From Amoebophrya sp. A120 (taxonomy: Eukaryota; Protista; Dinoflagellata), in assembly GCA_905178155.1 (NCBI GenBank), contig CAJINV010000005.1, positions 5,064,256 through 5,128,255 on the forward strand: 64,000 bases of DNA, in the 5' to 3' direction. The position numbers were made by a program, and so were the translations under genes. Below, piece by piece: positions 43,116 to 55,819 of the stretch; the first letter of the stretch is position 1; every line of letters begins with the position of its first letter. The notes under the pieces were generated by a model. It did not search any database. It was not told the origin of the DNA and worked only from the letters and a program-made list of their open reading frames with translations.

Positions 43116-44833
43116 ATCGACGCTGTGGGTGGAACAATATTTCTCGTCGTAGCAGCTGCTCCGCCGGTCTGTCATGTCCTGTTTCCGACCATTCTGTATA
43201 GCGCCTTGAGGGTATGGATGTACTGGAAATGTACACTGTAATTAGTAGAATTGTTTTGACGAGTACGAGTTTATTACTCTCCTCTGTTGAATTAGAATTT
43301 GTCATGCGATAGAGTTTGCATGCCTGTACTATCAGCTTTCGTACTTTTTCGAATGCAGAAGTAGTAGCCCATTGATTTACTGCTCACTATCGCCTCGCGA
43401 TAGAATCAAGACGAGAACTTGAGTTTTCACCGTAAAATCTTGTCTATATTGGGAACTACGCCCAGGTTGATCTATGGTTATATTGAAGTTCAACTTTTTG
43501 ACATGAGTTGTTAACGAGTTGAAGTGCTGAGCAGTTCTCTGAGTATACTGGCTGGTTGTTTGGGAGGATCCGTGTTTGGGTTTTTCGCTTCTCTCAAGTG
43601 AAAGGCACTACATGTTGAGACCCATAATTCCAGCATATTATTCTGCGCCATGTCCCTCTAGTACTCTGAATGTTCTTTTTCAACAACATTTATAAGCACT
43701 CGATTATAGTTTTTCAACAGCACAAAAAAGCGGATTTCGAAAAATCAATCCGGCTTTTGATGAAAACCGATCCATTTTACCTTTATGTGTCCGAAATTTT
43801 CGAGAAGTGCGCGAACTGCTTTTTAGTAGTTCGTGAATTTCTCTAGCGAAAGTAGGTTTGAAGAAAGATTTGAATCCTTGTCAAATGAGCACTACTGGTA
43901 CGACGAGAGTGGCCGACGTATAGATACTGAACTGATTTCTATTTTGGGAAAAGTTTGATAGCAGAGTGAAAACTTCCTAATGTATTGTGCAGACTTTATT
44001 TCTACAGGGGTTTCTACTCGGATGACAGGCTGGTTTATGAAATAAGAAAAACGTATCTGGCTCTGGCAGTATTCGCATTGAACAGAAGTTTGAATTTCCG
44101 CCTTGATTCCTAAATGAAATGGAGTCCACTCGAATACCCACTGGTTGTATGGGGAAGAACAGCTCCTGACGGAATCTCAACGTGTCCATCCGTCATGAAC
44201 ATCTTCGGTTCCTCGTCTCGTCACTAACCCTTCCTTCTTGGTCGTTCCTCTTCTTCTTCAGAAGCTAAGTCCTGAGGAGCAAAATCAAGCGGTCACGACA
44301 ATTTGAAAGATTGAGATTCTATGCGAAAATACTTTTCATTCTCGGTTAAGTTCGCAGTGACAATGTGTTTTGAAACTTGATGATGGTCCTCTGCCTGCGG
44401 GTTTGTAAGAGAATGGAAATCCGGGGAAACAAATGTCCTAAAGATCTTGGTAGATCAAGGCTTGGCATCTTGGTAATTCAGCACTTTGGGGGAGGAATGA
44501 ACCAATATTGCAGAAGTCGTCGAATTCGTCTTGCAACATCACAGCTTTTCTGATTTTCCAGTCTGACAAGCGCAACTCAGTATTTTTGGAACAACAGTCG
44601 TGGCGTGGATTTCGTTCATACCCATGTAGCGTTCTTCAGTATCTATTGAATTATTCTTTGTGGTCCCAAAAATTGTAAAATCCAAAGTAAGCGCTGCCCA
44701 CCTTGGGCGCGAGGAATAGCTACTTTCTGTACCCCCCTACTTACTACACCTGCGTATTTCTTCGCCCGTTCCGACGGTAACACTTTCACTCCTTTTAGTT
44801 TCCCTTGGTCAGCGATTGGAAAAAAAGAGAACC

Positions 44834-46125
44834 ATGCCGAAAGCAGTTTCTAAGCCGTCGCCTCTTGCTCTAACAGGCGTAAAGATGTTGAAAAGGACTC
44901 CGGCGAGGAAGGCCGTTGTCAAGTCGGGAACGGAGATGAAGATAAAAAACGCGTCTTCTAGTGCCAAGACATCGAAAAAGAACGGAGGGAAGCAGCATGG
45001 AGGTACTCCTTCTTCGGCTGCGAAACAAATGAAGAACACGCATCGCCGGTCGAATCCGACGAATCAGAGCAGTATCTCTACTGCGAAAAATAAAGATGTT
45101 GCCAAGCCAGTCAGTCCTTTTGAGACCAGTAATTCAGCCTCCTTGGATTCCGTGCTGAAAAACCTGGAAAAGCATCATCTTCATGGAGGACAAGGTTCTT
45201 CGTCCAAATGCGGCACTCCTGCTCCGGTTTTAGACTCATCTTCTTCTATCCGGACCCTGCACTTCACGGAAAAGTCCTACATGGTGATCGTTCCGAAAGC
45301 AAAACTTCCGAACTTCCTCCACCTACGAGAAGATGGGAAAAACACACCGCTCTACGATGCCTTCTGGCAAGACGCGAAACCGGCGGAAAGGGACACGATT
45401 GTGATGTACAATAGGGAGGTGAAGATCCCGCGGTACATCAAACTTTACGGGAAGGAAAAGGACAATATCTGTGTGTCCGTTTCCGGGCAGACCTGGCCGG
45501 CGAACCCGATCAGAGAGGAAGGCACTAGTAATAAAGCGGTGCCGGTTGATCAACATCAAGATCAGACTAATTTTGTCGAAAATCATCTGAAGAAGGTCCT
45601 TGATTTTTTCAACGAGAAATTACAGCCAGTGAAAAGAGACAAACAAAAAGACTGGAACGCGATTTTGATCAACTGGTACACGGACGGCCAGGACTACATT
45701 GGCTTCCACGCTGACCGGGAAATATGCAGTGCAAAAGTATCGTACTCGTACTAATTGCGTTTATGCATTACAAATCTTTTTCTTAAGGCAAATCCGCATG
45801 ACAAATTTCATTTGTCGCGCTGAGTCAATTGTATTGCAGTTACTGATACTTTTGCAGTTCATAGGAGAAATCAATCGACCACTCGCTGCCGATTTTGACC
45901 TTGTCCTACGGTGCGGAGCGGAAATTTCAAGTGCAGACGAAAGTGTCGAAGGTGAAGAAGGAAAATAAGCCGGTGATGCTGTTTGACGAGGTGATTCCGG
46001 AGAATTCCCTGGTGATTATGGGCGGCGATTTCCAAACCGAATTGAAGCATTCCGTGCCGAAAATGAAAAATGTGGACGGGAAGCGGATGAGCTTTACCAT
46101 TAGGAGGTATCATCCGAATCCGTGA
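44834..46125 (+). CDS. AlkB-family 2OG-Fe(II) dioxygenase (ALKBH2/3-like), 2 exons
   Basis: NAILINWYTDGQDYIGFHADRE...ILTLSYGAERKF...LKHSVPK...RMSFTIR gives the HxD...H...R motif. Joined across introner 45723. Confidence 0.9.
45723..45863. mobile_element. Introner family B (141 bp)
   Basis: Family B TIRs; DR ggaaa/ggaga. Confidence 0.9.
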
Positions 46126-46893
46126 AAAATCAAGATTATACGAGTAGCGGAGTGACGAGGAACGAGGAGTTTTTGAGCATAGTGAACGCAGCCAAGTAGG
46201 GTGTGGTGGTTTTGAGAGTTTTGAAAGGAACCCCTGGTCCGTTTTAATTTTGAAAACTTGAATGATTTGTAGAATTGACAAAAAAGCCTATACAAATATA
46301 TTCGATTCTGGCGCTTGTCACGGTAAAAATGATTGCACGTCATTTCGAAAAATTGCGAGAAAAAGCGCTACTTCTAGGAAAAGTATCCTTTGTTTTTACC
46401 CTCCGTGCAAAAAACTTGTGGTTGTGTTTGGACTACCAGGAAGTGCTCAGTTTTCATGTTGTACGGTCGAACCGGACCCGGTGTAGGAGCAATGTAGTTG
46501 AGTGTTGTGCTTAATAGGTCTCCTTCTATGGAGATCAATTGCTTGCTTTTTTTCCCCGCGGAATGCTTTGAGGAGCCGTGGCGAGACTGTTCAACGAGCA
46601 TCTATCTCAAGGCTTCTAGTTGGGCAAGCAGTAGTACTTCTACAAGCGGGCGTTTTCCCGCAGATGTTTCAAGATCACAGTGTGCACTGCGAAGGAAAAG
46701 ATCCATTTTTTAATTTGAAAGTTCCAGAAGCAAGATCACAACTTGCGAAACATTTTTCTACGAGAGAAACAAGATCCAGACTGTTGTGCCGGACCACACG
46801 CGCTGTTGTTCTGGAGAGAGGTGAGATGAGGTTACCGAGTGTTTTACTAAGTTGAAATCTGAAACGTTTCATCTCGAGAAACAAGACGAAATC

Positions 46894-49800
46894 ATGATGT
46901 TGGGACAACATTCCCTCGATTGCCTCCTCTCCGCGTTGATCTTCTTCCAGGTCTTCGTCAACGCCCCCCTCCCCGCTCTCGCCGACTCCGACGATTTCGC
47001 GACGAGTTTTCCGCATTTCCCGACCCGGGGTGTGCGCACGATTGACACATGGGACTTCTACTTCGAGGACGAAAGTAAGACCACGGAAGAAAACCGAGCG
47101 AAGAAAATCCAAGTCTCCGTGCCCGACGCTTTTGACCTGCCGATAGTGAAGGTGAAAACCAACAGCAAGTGCGGTCTGGACGATTCGAGGCCCGTGGAGG
47201 ATTGTTGCGAAAGGGCACTCGGCAGGTTCGGGGAGGAGACGTGCTACACGCTGAAAAATGAGGAGATACTCAAATCCGCAGCGCAAAATCTTCTATCTGA
47301 CGAGGATGAGGAGGAAGTAGAGGAGGCGAAGAATTTCGAAAACGCGAACAAGCAAGATGGTGGCGGTCCAGCAGTTGGCACAACAAGAACTTCTGGTGCA
47401 TCGGTTACTCCTACTACTCCAACAAGTCCACCCATTTACTCCGATTGCTGTCAGCCCACCACGGATTTCACGCACAAGAGGGGTTTCGGGGTTTACGAAA
47501 CGGTCCTCGGTGGGCACATCACCATGCTGCGGTTTCACAGCTGCGTCTTCTACTGCGAGGTTTACGTTGATAATTTTTTGTATGGAACTGTCAGGATCGA
47601 AATCGTCAAGATTGAAGTTATAATCTGCAATGCAAAAAAGCGATACCAGCTTGAGCCCAGTTTGCAAGTGGCGCATGGCAAATTTTGGCAGCATGAAAAT
47701 CCAATTTCTCATGCTGGTTGAGCAGAGTGGACTGCTTTTGTAATCTTATTTTAGCAGCTTTACCTTTATGTCACACCCCAAACAGGCTTATAAGTGGCCT
47801 CAGTTGCCTGGTCTGCAAGACAGGCACTTTGCTTCTAGCATTTTATGCATCACAAACTATTTCAACTTTGACGGTTTCGATCCTGGCGCTTCCATATTCT
47901 GATGGAATCCTTCGTCTCGGGGTACGCGGTAAAAGACGTTTTTATCGGGAAATTTCAATTGGAGAAAAAACGGATAAAAGTCCGGGTGTCCAACCAATTC
48001 GACTACGACCGAACCCCCATCCACCAGCTGAAATACGACTGGTACCAGGCCGGGGGCTTGGTCCGCCCTGTGGAAGCGCACGCGGGGAACTTCTTGCTCT
48101 TCAGGCAAGCGGTCGTGAGTCCGGTGTGGGAACTTGTGAAAAAGCACTACATGGCGGAGGATCACGACAAGGCAGTAGCGAATTTGGCCAAGAGTTCGGG
48201 CGTAAATGCCGGCGATAGTATTGACGAAACTGGCAATGAGAGTAGCTCCAATGGTGACCATGCGGCAGAAGTAGAGCAGAAGCAACCGCCACCACCGCAG
48301 CCTGGCATGCCGCAATTCCACACTTCTCTATCCAACGCTTTGAATTTACCGTCTTTTCCGGTCTTGGAGGAAGATTACGCAGTGAAAAAAGTGCAACTCG
48401 ATCTCTTTCTCGAAGGCACGAGGTTCTTCAAAAACTTAGACGCGTTACTTGCCACTTCTTCTACCAGCGGTGGCGATAGGAAGTTTTCCAATTCCCTCGA
48501 CATCGGCAATCTCCCCTATGAATTCCAACTTCGCTGGGAACACCGGTGCGGAAATACAAACATAGCGACCGCCCAAATAAGGGGCAGCAAAACCAATCTA
48601 CCTCCCGGCGTCGTGCCATCGAGTTCCAATTCAGTTATTGAGATCATGGACAATCTGAAAACCGCCGAATATCTACCGGATGAGGACATGGTGAAACTCA
48701 CTTTCGTATCAAGCGTAAAAATGTCTGGGTCTGGAGGATTTCTTGATTTGTCATGCATATTTTCCATGACCCATGATGTCTGTGATGCATGCCGTAGCAT
48801 CACAGATCTTGTGAGGGCTTCCTGATGCCTATACCGCATGACAAATGCTCTTTCCGTGTAGCAAAACTTGGACTCTCTTTGCTGCTCATGCAATACAGAT
48901 TTTTTTAGAATCCAAAATCAGCATGAGAAGCTCCATTCTTCCAGACCCAGACGTTTTTACATTTGATATTTCGAAAACCTAGTGGCGCCGGGAGTTGGTG
49001 TGCAGGACGACGTTGGTCCTCAGGACGACCTATGCATTGCAAAAGTATCGTACTCGTATAAATGCATTACAAATTTTCTCAGCATGAGATATGAAATTTG
49101 TAATGCGGATTTACCTTCAGAAAAAAATTTGTGATGCAAGACTTGCATTTATACGAGTACGATACTTTTGCACAGGATACGACCATTCCGCAGTCTCTGC
49201 GGCCTTGTGGTCCCTGGACCAACCGAATTTGCACTTTGCGTCCATTTCTCTTCTGGACAAGGAGAAGAACATACGACAGTGCACAACGCACCCTCCCCCG
49301 CATTTGTATTGCATGAACAGCAATACAAACCCCAGCCCACGTGGAGCCTGCGCATGACAAACTTATGTGCCTGATGTAGTACAACTGTTTGGGCTTCCAA
49401 GATCTGTCATGCGAACAGTGCCACACGACAGCGACTGGATTGGGGGTTTTGCATGACAAATGAGGGGGAGCAGGGGGAGTTGTGCACTCCCATAAAACAA
49501 CGAGCTCCTGGACTGCATCATAATTCGCTTCGGGCTGCGGAAGATAGAAGCGAAGTTTTATTGTGAGGAAACATGTCCTCTCCCCATATTATTGAAAACG
49601 GAATTTCTACTGAAGATTTGTGATGCAGATTTGTGACCACAAATGTTGTCTGTCTTGCAAGACGGCAAAGCTAACGAGTCCGCCACGTTATGCAGGCGAA
49701 TTGTAACGCTGCAAGGCCTACAGGGCAGAAGTCTGCCATGCTAGGCGCTTACACGAAAAGGCCCCTAGCTAGGCTCGGGATCTGCGTGCAGTCCTCGACT

Positions 49801-52800
49801 GCGCGAGAAATTCGATTTGTGTACACAGCTTCCGCATGACAGATTTCCGTTTTGATATGGGGAGGGGAGATTTTTCATTTTGGTAACTTTTCCCGGTTTT
49901 ACTTGAACGGGAAGACGGTGAAGTTTATGAACTGCAAAAGTATCGTATTCGTATAAATGCATTACAAATTTTCTCAGCATGAGAAATTCGTAATGCGGAT
50001 TTACCTCAAGAAAAAGATGCATGATTGCAATACGAGTGCGATACTTTTGCACAGGATAAAGTTGAAGGGCTACAACCGGCACGACATGGACGTCTCAGGG
50101 ACCGGCCCCGCGATGTCGCTGGGGACGCATTACCGAGACGTGCGCCTGATCAAAACCACCCTGTATCCTGAGTAAAAACGTACCCACACCAGAGTCAGGA
50201 TGGGGATTTTGCAACACAAGCCTGGGAGTTTTGTGAGTCACGCATGACAAGTTGCACTATGCAGCGTAGTGCAGGTTAGCAAGTGCAGCCGCGTCACAGA
50301 TTCGTCTGCTCATCCTTTTCACAGCATCACAAATTCCAAAACACGACTGGAAATGGCTCTCATGGGGATGCGCATTACAAGTCTTCCTGTCTTTGCAAAT
50401 CCGTAGCCATTTTGGCTCAAGATCCTTAATATACCAACCCCTGCCATTTTGGCGGGGGGGATCCGCTGAGCCCAGTTAAAATCTTCAACAGCGACCAAAC
50501 GGTAAAGATACAAAAGGGGGAGCAATGCCGTAGAGTAGTAGCACTCCTTCTTGATTCTCTTCCTTTTATTTTGCCCTCAGATGCCACGTCGGCACCTCCC
50601 CCGAATCTCTGCAAATAAGAAGTAGCGTAAACACCCGAGCGTGGCGGGTCACATTTCCTTCTCTTACTGTAGTCTCTAGCTCGAGCCTCGGCGTCCTGTG
50701 TGCCTGGAGGCGCGTTGTACAATAATGACCTGGCGAGGGCGCTTCGGGATGCCGTCTCACACGCACACCTGATGACGGGAAGTATGTGGCTCGCGGGCTC
50801 CAGGCGGACGAGGAAACTAGCCGCGATCCTGCATCCGGCGTCGAAGTAAGAGCAGTAATTCGGGAAGGAACGGCAGCCATACGCCCGGCGGCTTCGACCG
50901 GGCACTGCCACCCGGACTACGGAATCAGACCGGGGCAGGAGTTCTGGAACGGGTTAGCTCCACCTTGCCGCCGGTGGATTATGCGGCTCGGGTCGGCTTT
51001 GGCAAACACCAGGTTTCGCGCGGATGCCCCCCAGCTCGCCCAAGCCTGTAGCAACAAGCTCAGTCGAGTCTTGTTCCCCAGCACAATAGATGCGACGTAG
51101 GGGCGCACAATAGATGCGAGCACAAGGCTTGGCAGCGCTGGGGGAGATGGTGCTGGCCACGGCACGCACTGGAGATGCGACGTCCGTCTGGCGCCGGTGT
51201 TGCCAGACCACGAACCGGCGCCAACATGTTATTTGCCTACGATGTGCAGTGAAGTGGGCATGTGTCGGCTGAAGCGCTGCCCTTGTGGCCGTGCGATGTC
51301 TCTCGAATAATTCGCCTCTACTTTCCCTCTAGTCGCTACTTTCGGGAGGTAAAAAGGACATCCTAGGCTTGCACATGTTGCATCTTGCCGTTGGTGTTTG
51401 CTTCCTCCCGTATAGTAATTTAAAGGTGCTACTGCAGGCTCCCATGCAATGTTTCTTGCTGGTAGTCTGGCTTGCTCCTTGTACAGTGTGTGCGTGTAGG
51501 ATGTTGGCAAAGTTGGTAGGAAATGAGGTTGATACTGTTGGCAAAAAAGGCTGGTGGTCTGGGGACACGTTGTATGATCTCGAGTACACGCACCTACTAG
51601 CCCGAGGGGGTGCGGGAGCCTGAAAAAAAAAAAAAAAGTTGGTTGGTGGCGAAAAGTTGGTTGTTTGCGAGTATAGTATGGAGCGGCCGGGAGATGATGG
51701 TGATGGCACTTCGGTGTCCGCCTGACCTACCCCCCCTGCGTGTCAAGCCATCTGCGGCCTGGGGCAGAGGGGGGGGCAAAGTGTGCTGCAATTCCTTTAG
51801 CATTACAACTCTGGTGTGGGTACGTTTTTACTCAGGATACCCTGTTCGCGAACTTTATCCGCGGCGCGCACTACCCGATGGATCAGCGGTTTTTGGTATC
51901 CAGGAAAAAAACTGTGTAAGTGTAACTATGTAGGAAGAGCAGCATCACAAATTCCAATTCGCTTTGCGTTACAGGGCAGACCTGCCATGCGCAGCTAGTA
52001 CGTGGAAACACGTATGAGAGTAGCCTATGACGCAGATCCAGCATGACAAGCGTAACAGTTTTGCATTTCTGCATCACAGACTTGCACTTGTTACACAGTT
52101 TTGTTCTTGCATATTTGGACCTTTGTGACGAGTATGGGTTGTTGGTTTGGGAGGAATCCGTCGGGTGGCAAAACACCGTGAAGGATTTCTTGAACCACAA
52201 ATTCGTGCAACAAACCATCGACGGGACGAAGAGAATATGCATTCTGCAAAAAATATGTGTGGGTCCGGAAACTTGTGTTGCTGATTATACAACTCGCATT
52301 ACTTACACAGTACTAGCCACTTGTGTGGCATAACAGCATCAAAAATGTTAATGTTTCTCGATGGCTTGTGCAGATCTGAATATATGTCAAACGCATGACA
52401 GACAGAGTTTCACAGCACGACAAACATGCCGGCGACTTGCAGTCATGCATCACTGAAGATCTTCATCCTGCTCTCCTTGAAATCTCGCATCCCAAATGCA
52501 GACCAAGACATACCTTTGCAATGCATAAAGGATGATGTTCCACTCCATAAACCACCCGTCCGTGATCGTTTTCGGCTTTCTGAACGAGGGGTACACGAGT
52601 CACGAAGCCAGCATTCATGTCTACGAAACTTTAACGAATTTAGTGAAGGGGAACTGGGGAGTCGCGGTGCATCAATCACCAGCTGCAGCATCCCCACCAA
52701 CAGAAACGGACCCATCCTCCGCAGTGGGAACAAGTACAACATCCTCGAACCGCATGAACGACGACGCAAAGAGTGAATCAGCACTTTCGATCCTTTCCAG

Positions 52801-54077
52801 CGTCCGCCGGCTGGTGTCGTGGGCATCGTCCTCGCGGTTTCACGATTTGAACTGGAAGTTCGCGGATTTTCTGTCCTTCAACAGCTACGAAGGGTGGTAC
52901 CCGACCACGCAGCCCTTGACGTCTCTAACCTTGCAGGAAATCCCGGAAATCTGGGATTTCTCCGCCGCCTGGGCGCAGGACCACTACCCAGGGAAGCCGT
53001 TGATTTGTTCCGAAACCGGCGCGGGAGGGTTGTACCGCGTGCATGGCCCGTCCGATGGAAAGAAGTGGTCGGAGGAGGTGCAGTATGGATTGCAAAAGTG
53101 TCTGGGTCTGGAAAGAAGGGGATTTGTGATGCTAGCTGTCGATCACACAAATCAAAAATCTGTGTTGCATGAGAGGCAAAAGGCGCTCAGATTGTTGCCT
53201 CTCACAGAAGGCATTTCTCATGCAGAATAGGCATGGCCAAACCTTTGCGAAAGCTGTGATGCTAGAGAATGCATCACAGGCATCGGAGGCCATGTACAAT
53301 TTGCATGACAAACATTCCAGATCCAGACATATTTGCATTTGATATGCAGTCCGTGATCCTGCAGATCCACGTGTTGTCGTTGTTGAACCACGAGAAAATC
53401 GCCGGGTTCGCCTTGTTATCCTGTGCAAAAGTATCGTACTCGTAGTAATCGCAGCCATGCATTACAAATGTTCTTCTTAACCTAAATCGGCATTACAAAT
53501 TCCATTTTCAATCATGTGGACGTGAAGGGAATTTGTCATGCGATTTCTACTAGTACGATGCTTTTGCATTTCATACTTGTGGCAGTTCACGGACTCCTTG
53601 ATCGACCAGAACATATCCGACACGCTATCCTGGGTAAAAACGTCCCCACCCCAGAGTTGTCATGCAGATTTGCGATTGCAGGAAGATTTGTAATGCGCAT
53701 CTCCATGAGAGGCGTTTCCAATCACGTTTTGAAATTTGCAATGCTGTAAACAGGATGAGCAGATGGATTTATGATGCGGCTGTCCTTTGCTAACATGCAC
53801 TACACTACGGACTGCAACTTGTCATGCGTACCTCCCAAAACTTCTGGATTTGTGTTGCTAAGTTCCCAACTTGACTCTGGTGTGGGGACGTTTTTACAAA
53901 TGATACACGCTGCACAGACCGCGGGGCTTGAACAACAAGGGGGTGTTGACGATGCACCGGAAACCGAAAACCTCCTTTTTCGCGTTGCGCACGATTTTTA
54001 AGGGGGAATTCACAGGCTTAATACTACCCGAGGCAGACACGGGGAAGTTCACAGATTTGATCAAAGTGGCCTCGTAG
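46894..54077 (+). CDS. Glycoside hydrolase family 2 (beta-glucuronidase/beta-galactosidase-like), secreted, 13 exons
   Basis: Signal peptide; motifs WSLDQPNL, RFGLRKI, FYLNGK, KGYNRHD, NFIRGAHYP, DLCDEYGLLVWEE, NHPSVIVFGFLNE (acid/base), CSETGAG (nucleophile), NNKGVLTMHRKPK. All 12 introns are introners. Confidence 0.92.
47581..47896. mobile_element. Introner family E (316 bp)
   Basis: Family E TIRs; DR ttttg/ttctg. Confidence 0.9.
48707..48968. mobile_element. Introner family A (262 bp)
   Basis: Family A TIRs; DR tttcg/tttcg. Confidence 0.92.
49031..49179. mobile_element. Introner family B (149 bp)
   Basis: Family B TIRs; DR cgacc/cgacc. Confidence 0.92.
49272..49494. mobile_element. Introner family C (223 bp; starts TAC)
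   Basis: Family C TIRs; DR gaaca/aaaca. Confidence 0.88.
49559..49885. mobile_element. Introner family D (327 bp; ends GTA)
   Basis: Family D TIRs; DR agttt/acttt. Confidence 0.85.
49926..50058. mobile_element. Introner family B (133 bp)
   Basis: Family B TIRs; DR aagtt/aagtt. Confidence 0.92.
50400..50421 (+). other. Genomic copy of the dinoflagellate spliced leader (DinoSL)
   Basis: TCCGTAGCCATTTTGGCTCAAG is an exact match to the 22-nt DinoSL consensus DCCGTAGCCATTTTGGCTCAAG. It is followed by AT, not the GT donor expected in an SL RNA gene. Confidence 0.95.
50400..51637 (+). pseudogene. Processed (trans-spliced, polyadenylated) retrocopy or non-autonomous retroelement
   Basis: Starts with DinoSL, has a second SL core GCCATTTTGGC at 50443-50453, ends in A15 at 51623-51637; no intact long ORF. 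Confidence 0.72.
51897..52113. mobile_element. Introner family F (217 bp)
   Basis: Family F TIRs; DR tttgg/tttgg. Confidence 0.92.
52236..52527. mobile_element. Degenerate introner family A (292 bp)
   Basis: Diverged family A TIRs; DR gagaa/aagga. Confidence 0.8.
53084..53344. mobile_element. Introner family A (261 bp)
   Basis: Family A TIRs; DR tgcag/tgcag. Confidence 0.92.
53417..53575. mobile_element. Introner family B (159 bp)
   Basis: Family B TIRs; DR cttgt/cttgt. Confidence 0.92.
53626..53905. mobile_element. Introner family G (280 bp)
   Basis: Family G TIRs; DR cacgc/cacgc. Confidence 0.92.
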
Positions 54078-55819
54078 AAGAAGAAGTATGGCCGTAGCTT
54101 GTTTTATTTTTAGGAATTGTAGTTTATTGTGCTGCACACGGAGAACGAAACCATAACCAAGGAGGAAGTGCTTCCTTTGATTGTCGCGGCAAGTCTTGAC
54201 CTGTTTGTGTCGCTGTTCTCTGACCAAACAAAAAACTCGGTGGATGTTCGCAATGTCAACGATCCTGGCGCGTGCGACTGTGGAGCGCGTTAGGATATTG
54301 TGATGGTCTACTTCGTCCATTGCGGCAAGGAAGAGCGGGAACAAGAGACAGCCGAGAGCGCGAAAGCAGGGGGCGGCGGGGCGGGGTGCCTCAGGAGCCC
54401 CATGGCGCCCGCCAGTGGTGGCGCGCGCGCGTCGACGCAGCAGCGACGTGCCTCGCGCTGCGGCCCGGGGCGCTGAGGTGGCGGGGCAGATTGCCCGCGT
54501 CGGTCACTTGGAAGCAGCGCACAATGAAGCTACGCTGGCGAAACTGAAAACGATGCGCCGTTTTGAGAGTGAGTGCGGCAAAGCTGTAGGGCATGCGCTT
54601 GGTGTGGGGTGGGCCGGCCCGCCGTTGAAACTAGCCCCGCGGGGCGTTTTGTCGGTGTTGCGGGCGCGGCTGCCCTATCCTAAGCAGCTGGGCGGCAGTC
54701 GCCTGGGCCGTTCGTCCCACGAATGCACGAAGTTCGAAGACTACGAAGAGGCGCAGCGCGCCGCACCGGATACAGCTGCGCGCATTCGACTTCTTTCGCA
54801 ACGGCGCACCTCCCTCCGGGCCCCTCGCTCCCGATGGCCGCGCGCCCCGCCCGTTAATATCTGCGGCGCCGGCGGTTCGTCTTCGCCCCCGCGGGGCGCG
54901 CCCGCGGGGCGCAGCGTCGGCCGGCCGCGCTGGCCCGTGCGAGCGCACGCCAGAGCCTGGGCCGCCGGCCCTTCTTCGGGTGTGTTGGCCTGTCGGGCCC
55001 GGGCCCCCCCGCCGGGTTGGGTGGCCCGCCGCCGGGCGTTCGCGTGCGTCCCCCCGCGCTTGGGATTTTTGGCCCCGTGCTTCTGTCGCCGCCCCCCGCC
55101 GGCCAGGAGGGTCGATCGCCAGCCAAGTCGGCGCACCTGTTTGTGGCCAGCTTTGCCGGCGGTTTCAAAGTTGATTGCGCATTTGGCCGATGGGGCGCGC
55201 TGGGCGGAAGAGCCAGGGTCGCAGTCTTGAGCGCCGCCCGTCCCGTCGCTTGCCTAGGACAAGGGCCGCCCGTTCGGATCGATCGATGGCTGTGTGGGAG
55301 TTTTGGCAGCTTCCTGGCGGACAGTCGAGGGCGACGGCGGCAACTCCACAGCGCACGGACGGGCGCGCGCCTATCTTTCCCGAGTCAGACAGTTTCTCTC
55401 TAGTCTACATAATTTCTTTGTTTACCAGCTCAGATCCCAGCCTCAGTTGTAGCAAGGTGGGCCAGCCGTGATAGCCGCTGCTCAGTTGCGCCCTCAGATC
55501 TTGCGTCCGCAGTTTGGTGTTGTGGAGACATTTTTCAGTGGCAGGAGAGATTTAGTATTCCGTTGTGAGTGTTTTAGATGAGAAGTGAAATTTTCCACAG
55601 TTGCCCCTCTCAGCAGTCTTTTCCACCCTACGTGATGCTTTATTCTTCCCAAAATTTGTCAGTGAGCGAGATCACTGTCGAGGGACGAGAGCAGCCACCA
55701 ACACGACGAACAAAATCAAAATGGCTACACGAGCTGCTTCTTTTCCACCAATCGGGGTGTTCTAAAATAAACCCGTGGCCACCCCCGACCGCTACCGCAG
55801 TGTTGAAGAAGAAACCAAC

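Larger units (their letters stand above)
50164..51839. mobile_element. Introner family G (1676 bp) with nested SL-headed retro-insert
   Basis: Perfect 32-bp TIR TATCCTGAGTAAAAACGTACCCACACCAGAGT; DR ccctg/ccctg; restores TTLFANFIRGAHYP. Confidence 0.93.

Noticed and set aside
50400-50470. SL RNA gene
   Set aside because: The SL is followed by AT rather than the GT donor of the SL intron, and the segment ends in poly(A); this fits a processed copy better.
53079-53349. Apparent canonical GT...AG for the introner with DR tgcag
   Set aside because: Using both GT (53083) and AG (53349) removes one base too many and shifts the GH2 frame.
54415-55230. 271-aa ORF in the GC-rich island
   Set aside because: Composition-driven open frame with no recognisable domain and no introns, unlike the real genes here.
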